A stretch of DNA of 64,000 nt, taken from positions 124,001 to 188,000 of the forward strand of contig MU008158.1 of assembly GCA_010909165.1 (NCBI GenBank). Reading direction: 5' to 3'. The translations under genes and the position numbers were made by a program. The first letter of the stretch is position 1. The number at the start of each line of letters is the position of its first letter. Positions 35,900-50,850 of this stretch are shown piece after piece. The DNA is from Anthoceros angustus (taxonomy: Eukaryota > Plantae > Anthocerotophyta). The notes beneath the pieces were generated by a model, which searched no databases, had not been told where the DNA came from, and saw only the letters and a list, made by a program, of their open reading frames with translations.

Positions 35900-38800
35900 C
35901 CCATACCAAGGCCAGAATGCTTGTTGTGAGCATCTCGCTTAAAGCCTTTGTAAGTATATCTGCGGGTTTTCTTGAGTTGAGACATACGAGTTCAATCTTT
36001 CATACACTGCAGTCCTCGATGTAATGGTATTCCACCTCCACGTGTTTCGTTCGTGCATGGAATCTGGATTCTTGGCTAAAGCCATCGAACCTTGGTTGTC
36101 GGTTTGTATTGTGGTACAAGTTGGGATCGGGATGCCTAACTCCTTAAGCGATAGCTTACACCAAACTACCTCTTTTCTTTTCTGCGGTGACGATACTACG
36201 CCGTCATGAAAAGCGTAAGCTTTTTGCTGACCGACAAAGCCCTGCGAATTGTAATCGTGAGATCTTCGATTTTACGCTATCAATATCACAATCAGTCGAT
36301 AAAGACTTCCGGTCCAATGCTTTTCCTTCTTGATACTTATCGTGATACCTAATCGGGTGTTCCTTTCGTGTCGAACACACGCTTAAGACTTGTCCAATGC
36401 TCCAGTCCTGGATTTTCCAAGAACTGGGAGAGTACACTTGTAGAATAAGCTATTTCAAGTCTCGTCGCGTTACTAGCGTATATAAGCTTGCCAACACCTT
36501 GTCTGTAAGGTACGCCCTTCATCTGTTCTTTCTCATCACGTGTAGTTGGTGACATAGCCTTGCTAAGTTTCTGACCTGCTGCCATGGGTGTCGATGCAGG
36601 CTTGGCATCCTTTAAACCCAGCGGTTCAACACAATCAAGAAGGTAACGTGGTTGAGTAAGAGTCATAACCCGTTGTTTTCTATCCCTCTGAATGTGTATT
36701 CCAAGGCAGCTCTGTAAGGGTCCCAAACAGGACATCTTAAACTTAGTGGCCAACACATCCGTAATGCTTGTTATAAAGGCATTTATTCTTGGGCCGATGT
36801 CGGATCGTCACGTAGGCCGGATAGCATATAACCTCTCCTTTCGAGTATATGTATAGGCTCATGCGCGCTCTTTGTGAATCAAGGCTAAAAGTTACGTATC
36901 TAGGGTAGCATTCCATTTCATAGTCCTTTAACCCATATAGACACTTGATCAGCTTACAGGCATAGTTTGCTTTACCCTTCACTACATATCCAGGCGGTTG
37001 CTGCATGTATATTTCTGTGTCTAATTTGCCGTATAAGAAAGCTGTTTTAACATCGTACATTTGCAACTCATAATCGTAATATGTGGATATGGCAAGGATA
37101 ATTCGAAGAGTGGACAACTTGACTACTGGAGAAAACGTTTCAAGATAGTCCAAGCCAGGGATCTGAGAGAATCCCCTTGCCACCAAACGATCAAAGGTAC
37201 CATCTGCCTTAACCTTTAGTTTGAAAACCCATTTGCATGAAACTAGCTTTCTGTCTGGAGGTAACTCCACTAGTTCCCATGTTCCGTTCTCCATTAATGA
37301 GTCATACTCTGATTGAATTGCTTTTTCCCATTCTTTGTGATCGGTCATAGCGCCTCTTCATAGGATTGAGGCTCAATGGGATCAAGAGAAGTGGCGGCAT
37401 TGCGGTCACATAAGAAGAAGAAGCTCGAATCCGAACAGTAGTAGTCGGGAGGTTGTCATTGTGGTGGGATACCTTCGGTTCTTCAAGCGGAGGGTCAACA
37501 AGCTCAGCATCTAAGGTAGGCTCAGTCGGATCATCAATTTGTTCTGGAGGATGATGGTCATGTTGATCCTGATGATTGTCTGGAACATCTTGTTGTGCGG
37601 GTTCTACAGCTACATCATCAAAACCTGCTGAATCATCAATATCATCAGCAGGATCTACCCCACCCACAGGGGCAACATCCTCAACAGGAACAACTTGAGT
37701 GCCATGATCAGTCTGGTCAAAGTGTGAATCTTGAAACGCTGATGCCTCGTCGTCACCAAGAGGAGGATCCTGGGATACTCCCGAGGCCCAAGTGCTACCT
37801 TCATCAAAAGTAGCGCTCCTAAGCGTATATAAGCTTGCCAACACCTTATGCTAGGTACGCCCTTCATCATTCTTTTCTCATCACGTGTAGTTGGTGACAT
37901 AGCCTTGCTAAGTTTCGACTGCGCCATGGGTGTTGATGCGGGCTTGGCATCCTTTAAACCCAATTTGTTCACAATCAAGAAGGTAAGCGTGGTTGAGTAA
38001 GAGTCATAACCCGTTGTTTTCTATCCCTCAATGTGTATTCCAAAGCCTGTAAGGGTCCCAAACAAGACATCTTAAACTTAGTGGCCAACACATCCGTAAT
38101 GCTTGTTATAAAGGCTTGGCATTCTTGGGCGATGTCGGATCGTCCACGTGTGCCGGATAGCATATAACCTCTCCTTTCGAGTATATGTATAGACTGCTGT
38201 CTGCCTGGCTCTTTGTGAATCCAAGTAAAGTTCTGTATCTAGGGTAGCATTCCATTTCATAGCTGACTGCTTTAACCCATATAGACACTTGATCAGCTTA
38301 CAGGCATAGTTTGCTTTACCCTTCACTACATATCCAGGCGGTTGCTGCATGTATATTTCTGTGTCTAATTTGCCGTATAAGAAATCTGTTTTGACATCGT
38401 ACATTTGCAACTCATAATCGTAATGTGTGGATATGGCAAGGATAATTCGAAGAGTGGACAACTTGACTCTTTGGAGAAAGCGTTTCAAGATAGTCCAAGC
38501 CGGGGATCGAGAGAATCCCTTGCCACCAAACGATCAAAGGTACCATCTGCCTTAACCTTTAGTTTGAAAACCCATTTGCATGAAACTAGCTTTACATGCA
38601 GGTAACTCCACTAGTTCCCATGTTCCGTTCTCCATTAATGAGTCATACTCTGATTGAATTGCTTTTTCCCATTCTTTGTGATCAAGTCTACGCAACGCCT
38701 CTTCATAGGATTGAGGCTCAATGGGATCAAGAGAAGTGGCAGCATTGACAGTCACATAAGAAGAAGAAGCTCGGAAATCCGGAGCACGGTAGTAGTCAGG

Positions 38801-41448
38801 AGGTTGTCGCTGGCGGGTGGGATACCTTCTAACTGGTTCTTCAACAAGCTCAACAAGCTCAGCATCTAAGGTAGGCTCAGTCGGATCATCAATTTGTTCT
38901 GGAGGATGATGGTCAGTTGATCCGATGATTGTACGGAACATCTTGTTGTGCGGGTTCTGACTACATCATCAAAACCTGAATCATCAATATCATCGGCCGG
39001 ATCTACCCCACCCACAGGGGCAACATCCTCAACAGGAACAACTTGAGTGCCATGATCAGTCTGGTCAAAGTGTGAATCTTGAAACGATGATGCCTCGTCG
39101 TCACCAAGAGGAGGATCTTGGGATACTCCCACTGAGGCCCAAGTGCTACCCTCATCAAAAGTAACGCTCCTAGCGTAGATAACTTTATTTTTAGGTACAT
39201 CATAAAGTTTATATGCTTTTATGCCCTCTGTATAGCCTAACATCAGAAGTTTTCTGGCCTTGTCTAATAGCTTCTTTCTTTTCTCCTTAGGAACGGAGGC
39301 GTATGCTATACAGACCAAAGATACGCAAGTGAAGTATGGATGGCTTGCGCCCTGTGAACGCTTCATAAGGGGTAAGACCAACTACGGAAGTGGTAGGCAG
39401 TCTGTTTTTGATATAGGTTGATGTCATAATGGCCTCCGCCCAATATGGCAGGGGAAGCTGAGCATGATGTAGGAGAGAAGATGTCATCTCCTGCAACGTA
39501 AGATTGAGGCGCTCAACCACGCCATTCTGTTGAGGCGTGTAGACAACTGTAAGCTGGCGTCCAATACCCTCAGAGTAGTCCTGAAACTCCTTTGAGGTAA
39601 ACTCTCCCCCGTTATCAGATCTTAGGGTTCTTAGTTGTTTTCCAGTCCACCTTTCAACATACTTGAGATATTCTTCAAAATAGCTGAAGCATTCACTCTT
39701 TTGCTTTAAGATGTAGGTTGTAACAAACCTTGTCTTGTCATCTGTAAATGTCAGGAAATACTTGCCACCACCAATGGATTCTTGTGAGAGTGGTCCACAT
39801 AAGTCCGTATGAACAAGTTCCAAGACATCTGAAGCTCTGTGTGGTTCTTTGTTCTTAAAGGTTGCTTGATGCCGCTTTGAGAGAACACAAGACTCACACA
39901 AAGGAAGTGGCACCAGAGGACCTATCTGCTCATGCTGGTAAAGATCACTTACAGCTAATTTCTGTAATTTTGCTGAATGTGGGTGCCCTAATCGTAAATG
40001 CCATAGTTTTGACTTTTCTGTTTGCTGTGCAGACGCATGAGTAGCATCCTTGGTCAAATGAGAAAATGGTATACTTCTATCTGTATGTAGACGGAACAAG
40101 TCCTTCTCAGAAGACCCAGAGGCAAGTACTCTAGTATGATTAAAGGCATCTAATACTTGACATTCTGTTTGAGTAAAGAGAATGTGTGATTATCAATTGA
40201 CTTCGGTGAAATGAGGTTACGTGTCATGTCTGGTACATAGTACACATCATGCAACACTAATACATTTCCTGATGGAACAGTCAGTTCTATTGTTCCAATG
40301 CCAGGAGACACCAGGGATCTGTCATCCCCCAGGTATACGTACTGATCCTTAACTGATTTGTACGTTTGAAATGCTTTTCTGTCAAGGCAAATATGGGCAG
40401 TAGCCCCTGTGTCTAAGTACCAATCTATGGTATACTTAACCTTTGTATTTGCTGACAAACAAGCAGGTGACAAGGATGAACTTGTGGCAAACAGTGTTGT
40501 ACCAACCGTGAGGGCAGAGGGGGTTGGTTGCTTCTTAACAACCACGTGAGTCTCAGCACTAGTCGAACCCTCCTTGCGAGGTACACCAGCCTGCTTTTTC
40601 CTGCACTCACGCTCCCAATGACCAGGTAATTTGCACCAGTTGCAAGCTCCTGTCCTTTTGGGTTTTCTCTGGCTAGTTCCACGTCCTTGTGAACCACCAC
40701 CTCTCGAGGTACTGCCCCCACCCCTGTTATAGGGTCTTCCTCCTCCACGTCCTCTGTTGGATGTATAGAGGGCTTCTTTTGCTTACATTTCGTCATTAGA
40801 TTTGCTTGCTTCCTCTTGCAATAAGGCTCCCACTAACTCTGCAAAGCTGGTTTCTGGCAGGATTACACCTGATGCCTTTGCAAGTTTCTCAGTCTGGAGT
40901 CTCGAGGCATTGAAGGAGGTCACAAAATGTGACCAAGAGTCTGGTAAGGATATGAGGAAGTAAAGTATTAGTGTATCATCTTTAACAACCTCGTTTGAAG
41001 CACTTTCAAGTCTGGACACAAGTGTCCTACAGTGTCCAAGGTGCTTTTCGATTGATTCTCCTTCTCTCATTTTACATAATTGTAAATTTCTCAAAGCTGT
41101 CATTTGACTTGTCTGATTGCTGCCTGCTTACAGGTCTTGAAGTCTTTTCCATATTTCTGCTGAGGTTGTACATCCTGAAGTTTGTCTTAACATCTCTGAG
41201 GTAAGACCACTCCTGATGAGGAACATAGCTGCCTCATCCTTTGCATCCCATGCATCAATTAACTTCTTCTCAGCAGCTGTAGGTAATATGGGAGGTGTGG
41301 GGGCCACTGGGGCCTTCTCTTCCCCAATGACTACCTTCCATAACTTCCTATTTTGTAAGGCCCCTTTCATGCGGATTACCCATATGTCGTAATCCTGACC
41401 TCCAAACCTATCTTTCTCCTTGAACCCTTCCCCACCCAAGCTAGATGA
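35900..41448 (-). pseudogene. copia-3 gag-pol, frameshifted, with a tandem duplication of about 1.35 kb in the INT-RT linker/RT
   Basis: gag DRFGGQDYDIWVIRMKGAL; CNWCKLPGHWEREC; WYLDTGATAH; LWHLRLGH and SDNGGEF (ORF 39287..40099); RT WELVELP..CKWVFKLK..RLVARGFSQ..YDVKTAFL..YGLK; RH ..ADILTKAL. Confidence 0.93.
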
Positions 41449-42869
41449 CCCTACTAGAAAAGGCCGCCTATGTTACACTTTTTGTTAAGATTTGAACCCC
41501 CCCATGTTGCAATTATGTTGAAATCTTGGGGTCTTGTTACACTTATTTGGCCCCTTGTTACGGTCGGGCTTGGTAACCAACCCTCCATCTTGTTACAATC
41601 GCGTTCTGATCTTGTTGCAATTTTGTTGCAGTAGTGAGGCGGTATTTGGCCCTTTCAAAATTTCAACATATTTGCAACAACCAAAGTGTTACACCCTCTT
41701 ATATTCTGATTTTGCTTGGTACCGAACCTCCTTCCCATGTGGGTTTGCCATTATTGCTTTCATTCCTTTGTTTCCCTGCCTTTATTGTTATCGTGTACGG
41801 ACTATAAGTATATAATATGCCTTGGCTTCCAGTGCGTATTGCCCGATGTCATTACTCAAAATTTATATCGATGCCTTTTCAAATTACACGTACAAGTGGT
41901 ATTGTTGTGCACTCCGTTTTGCTGATGCGGCGCAAATTTCTGGCGTTGTTTCCACCCTATTACTGCGGTGCCTTTCACGTCACTCGTATTTCGTGCCCTT
42001 GTGGGCGTCCCGTATAGGGTACTTGTTTTGGAAACCCTTACGGTCCACAAGAACAACGAAGGCGTAGTTTCGCACCCTCGGATAACATGCGGTTCTTTGC
42101 CGCATCCACATCCAAAATTGGCGTCCTCCCTCGGTAGCGGGATGAATCTACGGCATCCGCATCCGCGGTGTCCGTGCTCACTCGTCGGCGAGGAATGAAC
42201 CGCAATCTCCATCCGCGACCTCTGGCTCCCTCCTCGCGGAGGGGTGAATTGGGGTTGTGGTTGGCATTCTCTGTTGCCCGCCCGTTCGTTTCTGAAGGCC
42301 TACTCCTCGTCGTATGCGGTGGGTGCACCTCCCACAGTTACCGATTTTGCCCTTCCTTCCTCAAGCGGTGCTGGTTTTCCTTCCGTCTTTGCGGCTCCGA
42401 TTCCACTGTTTCACAGGATTTGCAGAACATATGACCACATGCCATTCCCATGGCCCTTGGCTGTAAGCACAAGCGGTGGCGAGTGCGGTTGCAATTTGCG
42501 AGCTTACCTTCTCGGCCTTCTCTTTGTTTTGTTTCCGCCCACTTCACGCCTCGATTGCGTGCTTGTCACGTTCCTTGGGCTGCCGGCCCTCGACGTAACT
42601 CTTCCTTCCCCATCGCCTTGCCGGGCATTCCCTTCCTTTCCTCTTAGGCCTCCTCCATCCTCCATAGGTTGCGTCACCTTTTGGAGCCCACGAGTCCATG
42701 CTCTCGGCATCGGCTCGGCCGGTATGTCGGGTACAAAGTTCGCAGGCGCGTTCACATCTCCATCCTCTTCCGCCACCTCCACATGCTCTTCCTCATCGTC
42801 ACCATGTCGTGGCCGTCGATCTCTGTCCATTGGAGGCTGCTGGATCCCCGTGAGATGTCTCATTTACAT

Positions 42870-44560
42870 CTCGCGCCTCCATTCCTGCACCGCCCGAAAC
42901 GTTTTTGGCACCATTGCGCACACATGTCGTCACCCCTGCGCCCTCCATTGTCCATCCGCCCATCTGTTGCTACCTTGATGTCCAGATCACGCCATTCCAC
43001 GGATGTGTACAGCCCCATGTACAACTCACTTACGGTGGCGCCCCTCTCCCTACCATGTTCTTCGTTGCCCCGTTTTCGAGTCACCCACCACCATGCCCCC
43101 TCTCGATCATGGCCCTTTGCTATGTTACGCCACAACCACGGCCGTTCGTGGTGTCGCTGGGACCACCACCTCATCGCCCTCGCCATAGTCGGCGATGTCG
43201 ATCATGCCCACAGGCTGCCCGCACCTTATCATGCGTTTGCCCCACCGTGTAAGCGTTTCCTTCTCTCGCGGTCGCACCCTGTTTTTTTTGTCATTTGGTG
43301 CTCCATGGCCTACCACCTTGATGTCTGTCCTCCCATGGTTGATCGTTCACCTCGTGGCGTCCCTCTCCATGTCGGGTTCCGCCGCCTTGTTGTCCCCGCC
43401 ATTCGTCCTTCCTTCCGCACATTTGTGCGCGTTTTTGGCACCATTGCGCACACATGTCGTCACCCCACGGTCCCCCCTCGCCTCCATTGTCCATCCGCCC
43501 ATCCTGTTGCGCCACTACCAGCCTTGATGTCCGCTGCATACTGCCATTCCCTGGATGTGTACATGGCCCCATGTACAACTCACTTACAGCTGACGCCCCT
43601 CTCCCTACCATGTTCTTCGTTGCCCCCGTTTTCCCCGAGTCACCCACAGCCACCATGCCCCCCCCTCTACGATCATGACCACTGCTATGTTCTGCCACAA
43701 CCACGGCCGTTCGTGGTGTCGCTGGGACCACCACCTCATCGCCCTCGCCATAGTCGGCGATGTCAGTCGCCTTGCCCCTGGCTGCCCGCACACTGTCATG
43801 CGTTTGCCCCACCGTGTAAGCGTTTCCTTCTCTCGCGGTCGCACCCTGTTTTTTTTGTCATTTGGTGCTCCATGGCCTACCACCTTGATGTCTGTCCTCC
43901 CATGGTTGATCGTTCACCTCGTGGCGTCCCTCTCCATGTCGGGTTCCGCCGCCTTGTTGTCCCCGCCATTCGTCCTTCCTTCCGCACATTTGTGCGCGTT
44001 TTTGGCACCATTGCGCACACATGTCGTCACCCCACGGTCCCCCCTCGCCTCCATTGTCCATCCGCCCATCCTGCGCCACTACCGGCCTTGATGTCCCATG
44101 CATCGCCATTCCACGGATGTGTACGGCCCCATGTACAACTCACTTACGGTGGCGCCCCTCTCCCTACCATGTTCTTCGTTGCCCCGTTTTCGACACCACG
44201 GCCACCATGCCCCCTCTCGATCATACCGCTATGTTCTGCCACAACCACGGCCGTTCGTGGTGTCGCTGGGACCACCACCTCATCGCCCTCGCCATAGTCG
44301 GCGATGTCAGTCGCCTTGCCCCTGGCTGCCCGCACACTGTCATGCGTTTGCCCCACCGTGTAAGCGTTTCCTTCTCTCGCCGGTCGCACCCCTGTTTTGT
44401 TTGTTCTGTCATTTGGTGCTCCATGGCCTACCACCTGCCTTGATGTCCTGTCCTCCCATGGTCGATCGTTCACCTCGTGACGTCCCTCTCCATGTCGGGT
44501 TCCACTTCTGCCTTGTTGTCCCCTGCCATTCGTCCTTCCTTCCTGCACATTTGTGCGCGT
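42870..44560. repeat. About 550-bp GC-rich unit in about 3 tandem copies
   Basis: ttttggcaccattgcgcacacatgtcgtcacccc recurs near 42903, 43433 and 44000. Confidence 0.9.
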
Positions 44561-44749
44561 TTTTTCTCCACCACATGCTTGTGGCTCCCCTGCTGCGGCT
44601 CGAATGCCTTCCCGCCTCACATCTAGCGCCCCATCCGGCGGGAAGGATTGACCCATTCCCACTATCCTCCTCCTTGGAAGGCCACGAGATCGGGATCCTT
44701 CTCCAACTCTATATCATTCGACGCAGATCCTTTTCCCGCGTTATCCGGC

Positions 44750-45916
44750 AATCTCACGCATCTCGTGGGTTCGTCCATACTTTGCCTCCCTCACGTCACG
44801 AGGAACTCCGGCACCGAATCGCCTGTGCCCGCCCTTCCATGTTTGTCGTTCCTCTAGCATGCCATACTCGCCGTCATCTGCGGGATCGTGCCATACCGTT
44901 GTGAAACCGCAACACCCACTGTCCGACCTCCCTTTCCCCACGGGTTTGGACCCATACCGCCATTTCGCTAGTCTCTCCTTGCTGCTATTTCATGCTTGGA
45001 TGGCTGAAACGGCCGTTCCTTTTGCTCGTGCCCATGCTAAGGCATCTTCCCACTCTTCGCCGTCCACCATGGAAGGTTTCCTATTCGGAGGTAGTTCCCC
45101 TTTTCCCTCTCTTCCAGCGCCGGCCGGCATCCACACATCGGCATTCGCGTCCGCGTCATTTGAGAGAAATGTCTACTTATGCACGACTTCGTAACGGAAG
45201 GCTTCCGCCACACACTTGATTAACCGGGCCTTCTCTGCTTTTGGGACGTCCCTCCACCTTGTCAGGTACCCCAGGTCGTTCACAACCTTTGTCCTGACTA
45301 GCTCCAGCATTTCTTCGTGTCTCCTTTCGCTTAGCCCACCGAACAACAGCGGTGCCCTGCCGACGCCTTTCACAACTCTGTCAATTGCGTTCCTCAGCCA
45401 TTTCACTCCATGCTTGTGCAGCAAAGCATTCACCAAGGCCTCGTTATCAACACCATTTACGAGGGCATTCACATCTATTGTGCCCTGTCCTTCCCTGCCT
45501 TCGCCGGTTGATATGACACCTCCACCTGCAACAAATTCCGCCCGCCATTCCCTTTCTAGGGCCTCTGCACCCGTCGGTCCTTCCTGCTGTCCTCCCCTCC
45601 CTCCGACCGTCCGTTGCCTGTGCCTGTTACCTTTCTGTGCATTCCCCGCATTTTCGTCCTCCTCTCTTACATCCAACTCCCTCCGCAGTCGGAAGCGTGA
45701 CGGGTTGTTCTCCTCTTCCCTTGATAGTTCCCATTCCCCCCTACTTGCCATCCATCGTCTTCGTGCACATCCAACTGCATTCACACAATGCACATGGAAA
45801 TGACGTTCATCCCGGATCGGTCTATATATCGACACGTACAATGTGTTGCGTGGCGTCACGATATCATCTGTGCCACAACACACTAACTGGTCCGACATTT
45901 CGCTTTCTTGGTCCAT
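44750..45916 (-). pseudogene. TnpA-like (Ptta/En/Spm, Transposase_24-like) gene 1
   Basis: HEEMLELVRTKVV..RWRDVPKAEKARLIKCVAEAF followed by RRWKRGKGELPPNRKPSMVDGEEWEDAL; position downstream of TnpD is typical of CACTA. Confidence 0.55.
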
Positions 45917-46599
45917 GTCCTGCAGCTCGGCTGCATTGCTCCGTCCGTCGGGATGGAAGGTGCCAAGTTTCGGCGTCGCCGAACTGAACCTACCATGCCG
46001 CCATCGCGTCCCTCCTTCACGCTTTGTTCCCTCCTTTGCGCCGCTGGCAGCCTCCTCCCACCGTGCTCGCCGATTGAACGCCGGAAAGGTGGATGGGGCG
46101 GATGAGGAGGATAGGCAAGACGACCTACCCTCCTCATCCCCTCCACCTTCCTACGGTCTCCTGTCGCGCGCGCCGTCGTAGACGCCTCCCGATTGTGGTA
46201 GGTTCGTCGGCCGCATACGGTCGACATCCTTGGCCACCTCTATCCGTCTCACGCCATTTCTGTGCATGCGTTCAGCCTTCCTTCCCCTGCAATTTTTTGG
46301 CTCCCTCTGTAGGCAACCTTTTCCTTGCCTTCGTCCCTCATGGCGGTATCGTGCACTCCTGTCCGTACAACTGGCTGGCCTTAGATTTGAAACATATGAG
46401 CCATCCATGGCGTCCTTCGAGGCAATTGCGAAACATGGCCAGCGCGGGGCGCCGCTTCCTCATATCCCTTGTTCATTGACTTGAGCCTACCGCCAGGGCA
46501 GCGTCACCAATGTGCATTCGAGGCATTTAGTGTTATTTGTCTTTGATGCGCGTTTATTCGTTTCATATACAGTGGAGGATTAATGTGCCTGGCAAGCCC

Positions 46600-49500
46600 G
46601 CCATATTATGGAGGTCGCCAAACCCGTCACTTGCGCGTCATCATCTCTACCCCAATTACGATCATTCCTATCTGCCTCAATCCATGGGTTCCTACCCTCC
46701 ATCCCGTCTTTGGTCGGGCGCCACTGCCCACCCGATGTTCTCCTCCATCGTCTCTGGATGTAGCATGCATTGGGTTACCTGTGAGGGCCACACAAATGGG
46801 CCATCGATGGAGCGCACCCTGTATGTGCAAAGTCTCTCCATGTTCACCAGGTGGAATCCCGTGTACGACGTCCGCAATGATGGCCTGGGTCCACTCGGCT
46901 CACACTCGTACCAGAACCTTGACATAGCATGTACTCCTCCCAGTGCACGCGCAAAATTTCTGTATGTGACCATAAAACACTCGCTCTCCTTCACAACCTT
47001 CATCTGCCCCTGTCCCGCTCATTAAAAATTTTGCGAGCACCGCACTGTCCTTAGTGCTCCGGCGCCGTCTATCTGCCTCTATCGTTCTAAGGTGGCTGCC
47101 TTTGTTCCACATATGCCGATGAGCTACTGCCTCCATTCGTGGACCGTCCATGATAGCGCGCACTTCATCTGTCATAGCCGGGTGATTCTCCCATGCGTTG
47201 GCAGCCCTTCCTGCATGCAGCCAAACCTTGAAAGTTCGCCGGTCTCCACGTGAACCATACCTCCTGACCTCTTCCTCGTACATATCTAGAAACGGCTGCA
47301 TCACCTCCATGTGGTACAACACATACGTGTGCGCCTGCCGTGCCTCCACGGCATCCAATTTGTACGGCCTCCCAGCACCGAGCACCTTCTCTCCGTCTCG
47401 CTCGCTCCATAGCCCTCCAACGTGACCATAATAACGCCGCAAAATGCCATCCCATAGTGCATGCTCTCCTCCTTCAAGTACCCCAACGCTATCGGCCTCT
47501 CCTCGCCGCTGCGGACGATCCCCCTCTCCCAAGGTATCTTTCGACAGGTACATCCACCTCGTGTGCCGGTCAGCACTACCTCGTCCACTAGATGGATTAT
47601 CGGTGAGTCGATATATCAAACATTTTGGAGGAATTGCTTTTCCGGATCGCACATCACCCTCGCTGCCTCCTCTTTCATTGCTTGGATATATCAAACATTT
47701 TGGCCCGGTATTGTCCATTGCTTGGATCCACATTGTCACACCCGGCTAACTTGACCACCGCCTTGTACACATCGGGGTCTATGCACCCTCGGAGGACAAT
47801 AGGGAAGACTACTTCCATCATTATGTGCTAGTCATGGCACTTCAGGCTTCCAACCTTGCCGCTCGCGATTTTCGCAGCTATGTTAGATCCATTACCCGTT
47901 GGCGACTTTATGCGTTTCATTTCCGCAATAACCCGTTTGATTCCTCTCGACCGGGACATATGCCGGGGCAATGGCCATCCTCTCTGAGCCATAACCACCC
48001 TTCCCTCCACTCGCTTCCATGTCCATCCTGAGGCTATGTCATCTCGGTCTCCCTCAGCGTATGCCAAATGGCTTGGCGTTGTTTTCTCGGCGTGCATAAC
48101 GTCCTTTGGTGCCCATTTCAGAAAACCGCCCGATGGGAGGTCTACAAACAAGGCCGACCTTCGTCGGGTTCCAAACCGGCCTCGATGGCGCGAGTCCGGT
48201 CGCGTTCACTCTGGCTGCCATATCTTCGATGACATCGACGAAAGATGGCGGGGCAGGTGGGGCCGATACTCTGCCACTCCATTGTACCAGCCCACGTCTG
48301 TCCACCGTCCACTGTCGTCCGCCGGAAGCCACCTCCTGCAACCAGCATATATTTCTTTCTTCAAGTCCGAAGAATACCGTGAATCCAAGTCCTCCCAGCA
48401 ATCAACACATGCACGGGCCCCCCTCACTTGCAATCCCGTCAGAGTCCCAAGGCCTGGGTAATCTGCTATGACGTGCAAAATCGCTGCTCGTAGTTTGAAA
48501 TGCCTGTTTGGATGGTTGACGGTTTGGAGAAGTCTTCCGTGTCCATGCCTCTCCAAAGGTCCTGCAGTCCTCGATTAAAGGCGCCATAAAGACATCGAAA
48601 TTCTGGCGATGCGAGCCCGCACAATCAACGGCATAATCACATTCGCATCCTTTGTGCTGGCCCATGGTGGCATATTGTGCACGAACAACAAACCGGCCAT
48701 ATGGATGTGTTTGCGGACACTGTGGCCAAATGGATTGAAGCCATCATGCACAATGCAAACCTTACGTTTCGTTGCTCTTCCCCAAAGCCGTCTACTCCAT
48801 CAAGAGCTGTCCAAGCGGGTGTCACCATGATGGTCATGTCCCGTCGGCTCTGTTTCCCCACATACCATGTCATCATCTACGTATGTGGCATTTGAAACAT
48901 TCGCCAGCGTGCCTTCAACGGAAAATGCCAAAGCACCTTACGCGGTATTTCATCTTCCTCATCAAACCCTTCCCTAAACCGTGGTGTGTCGCATTACGGG
49001 CCGTGTGGTCTCTCCTATAAAACACGGTCCCTCTCTCAGTGGATTTTCGTACCTTGGCCCAAACATGTATAAAAGTGCCTTGGCCTCGTACATGTCTTTG
49101 GGCGAGTTCCGTGGCGGAATATCGGTGGCAATTAGCCGCAAAAGTCCCATGGCGGCGTCGATGTCATACATTGATTGCCAAGACAACAATAAGAGTGTGG
49201 CGCTTAGCCTGCTTTCCTTGAACCATGCCCTTCGGGATGTCGTACAAGGCGTTTCACGCCCGCACGCCGTATCACGGCATCGCTTGCCCTCCCGTTCGCC
49301 GGTCGGTTGCCAACAACTCATCCATCGTGTACCCGGTGGGCAAGTCCTCACCATCTCCTCTTCCGAATTGTCTAATCGCCTGCTATCACGTTAGCATCGC
49401 TTCGTTGTGCCCTCGGACATATGTGACACCGTGTCCGGCGGGATGCATGGTGCCCACGGTTGCCCATGCCCTATTGCAGCATGGGCGGCCGCCATTAACC

Positions 49501-50850
49501 ACAACAATTGAACCATATGGAGCGATCGTGAAGGTCACAATGGTCCGTACCGGCTGGCGCTGCCCTTGCATTACTTGGCGAAGGCAATGAACTCGAGACG
49601 TGAGCTGGAATACGGCCTGCGCGCACTCTCGGCAAGGCGAGGTACATGCAACATCGCATCTCGTGGCATTCTCCCGCTGCGTGACATGGATGACGCGGAA
49701 GAAGAAGCTGGCGGGGAGGAAGAACTTGATTAAAATGGAAGCGTTCCTTCAACAATAAGCCCATTCGAACAAAAGTACGCGCGTGCACAAACAACTTTCC
49801 ACCATGGACGACGTGGACTCACGACTCGACCTCGTTGCCTCGGGAGAGCTCGAGGATGCGTCGCTGCAGCTAAAGCATCCGCAGCTGTGTCGACCATGAT
49901 GGTCATGTCCCGTCTGGCTCTGTTTCCCCACATACCATGTCATCATCTCGTATGTGGCATTTGAAACATTCGCCAGCGTGCCTTCAACGGAAAATGCCAA
50001 AGCACCTTACGCGGTATTTCATCTTCCTCATCAAACCCTTCCCTAAACCGTGGTGTGTCGCATTGGCATGCGTGTAGTCGGCGTACTCTCCCCTGTATAA
50101 AACACAGTCCCTCTCACAGCAGTGGATTTTCTCGTACCTTGGCCCAAACATGTATAAAAGTGCCTTGGCCTCGTACATGTCTTTGGGCAGGCAGTTCCCT
50201 GGTGGCAGAATATCGGTGGCAATTAGCCGCAAAAGTCCTATCATGGCGACGTCACTGATGTCATACATTGATTGCCAAGACAACAATAAGAGTGTGGCGC
50301 TTAGCCTGCTTTCCTTCGAACCATGCCCTTCGGGGATGTGGTACAAGGGCGTTTCACCTGCCGCCCGGCACGCCGCTGTCCTGGCATCGCTTGCCCTCCC
50401 GTTCCGCCCAGGGTCGGTTGCCGCCAACAACTCATCCACTGTGTACCCGGTGGGCAAGTCCTCACCATCCGTCTCCTCTTCCGAACTGTCTAATTCGCTG
50501 CTATCACTTAGCATCGCTTTTCATTGTGGTGCCCTCGGACATATGTGACACCGTGTCCGTGAGGATGCATGGTGCCCACCATACGGTTGCCCATGCCCAT
50601 CGTCACGCAATTATTGCATGGGCGTGCCATTAACCACAACAATTGAACCATATGGAGCGATCGTGAAGGTCACAATGGTCCGTGCTGGCGCTGCCCTTGC
50701 ATTACTTGGCGAAGGCAATGAACTCGAGACGTGGTACGGCTGACGCGGCCTGCACGCACTCTCGGCAAGGCGGAACATGTACACGGCATACGCATCTCGT
50801 GGCATTCTCCCGCTGCGTGACATGGATGACGCGGAAGAAGAAGCTGGCGG
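46600..50850 (-). pseudogene. CACTA TnpD/Tnp2 transposase (Transposase_21, DUF4218 and DUF4216-like), frameshifted, 5' part duplicated
   Basis: LPKDMYEAKALL..RYEKIHCCERDCVLYRGEY; FDVFMAPLIED; VIADYPGLGTLTG..GARACVDC; DVMHAEK; HTRWMY; AHTYVLYH; TGFHLVN; PFVWPSQVTQ. Confidence 0.92.

Noticed and set aside
42669-44904. 542-aa and 268-aa plus-strand ORFs
   Set aside because: They arise from a GC-rich tandem repeat of about 550 bp, are His/Pro-biased and show no domain.
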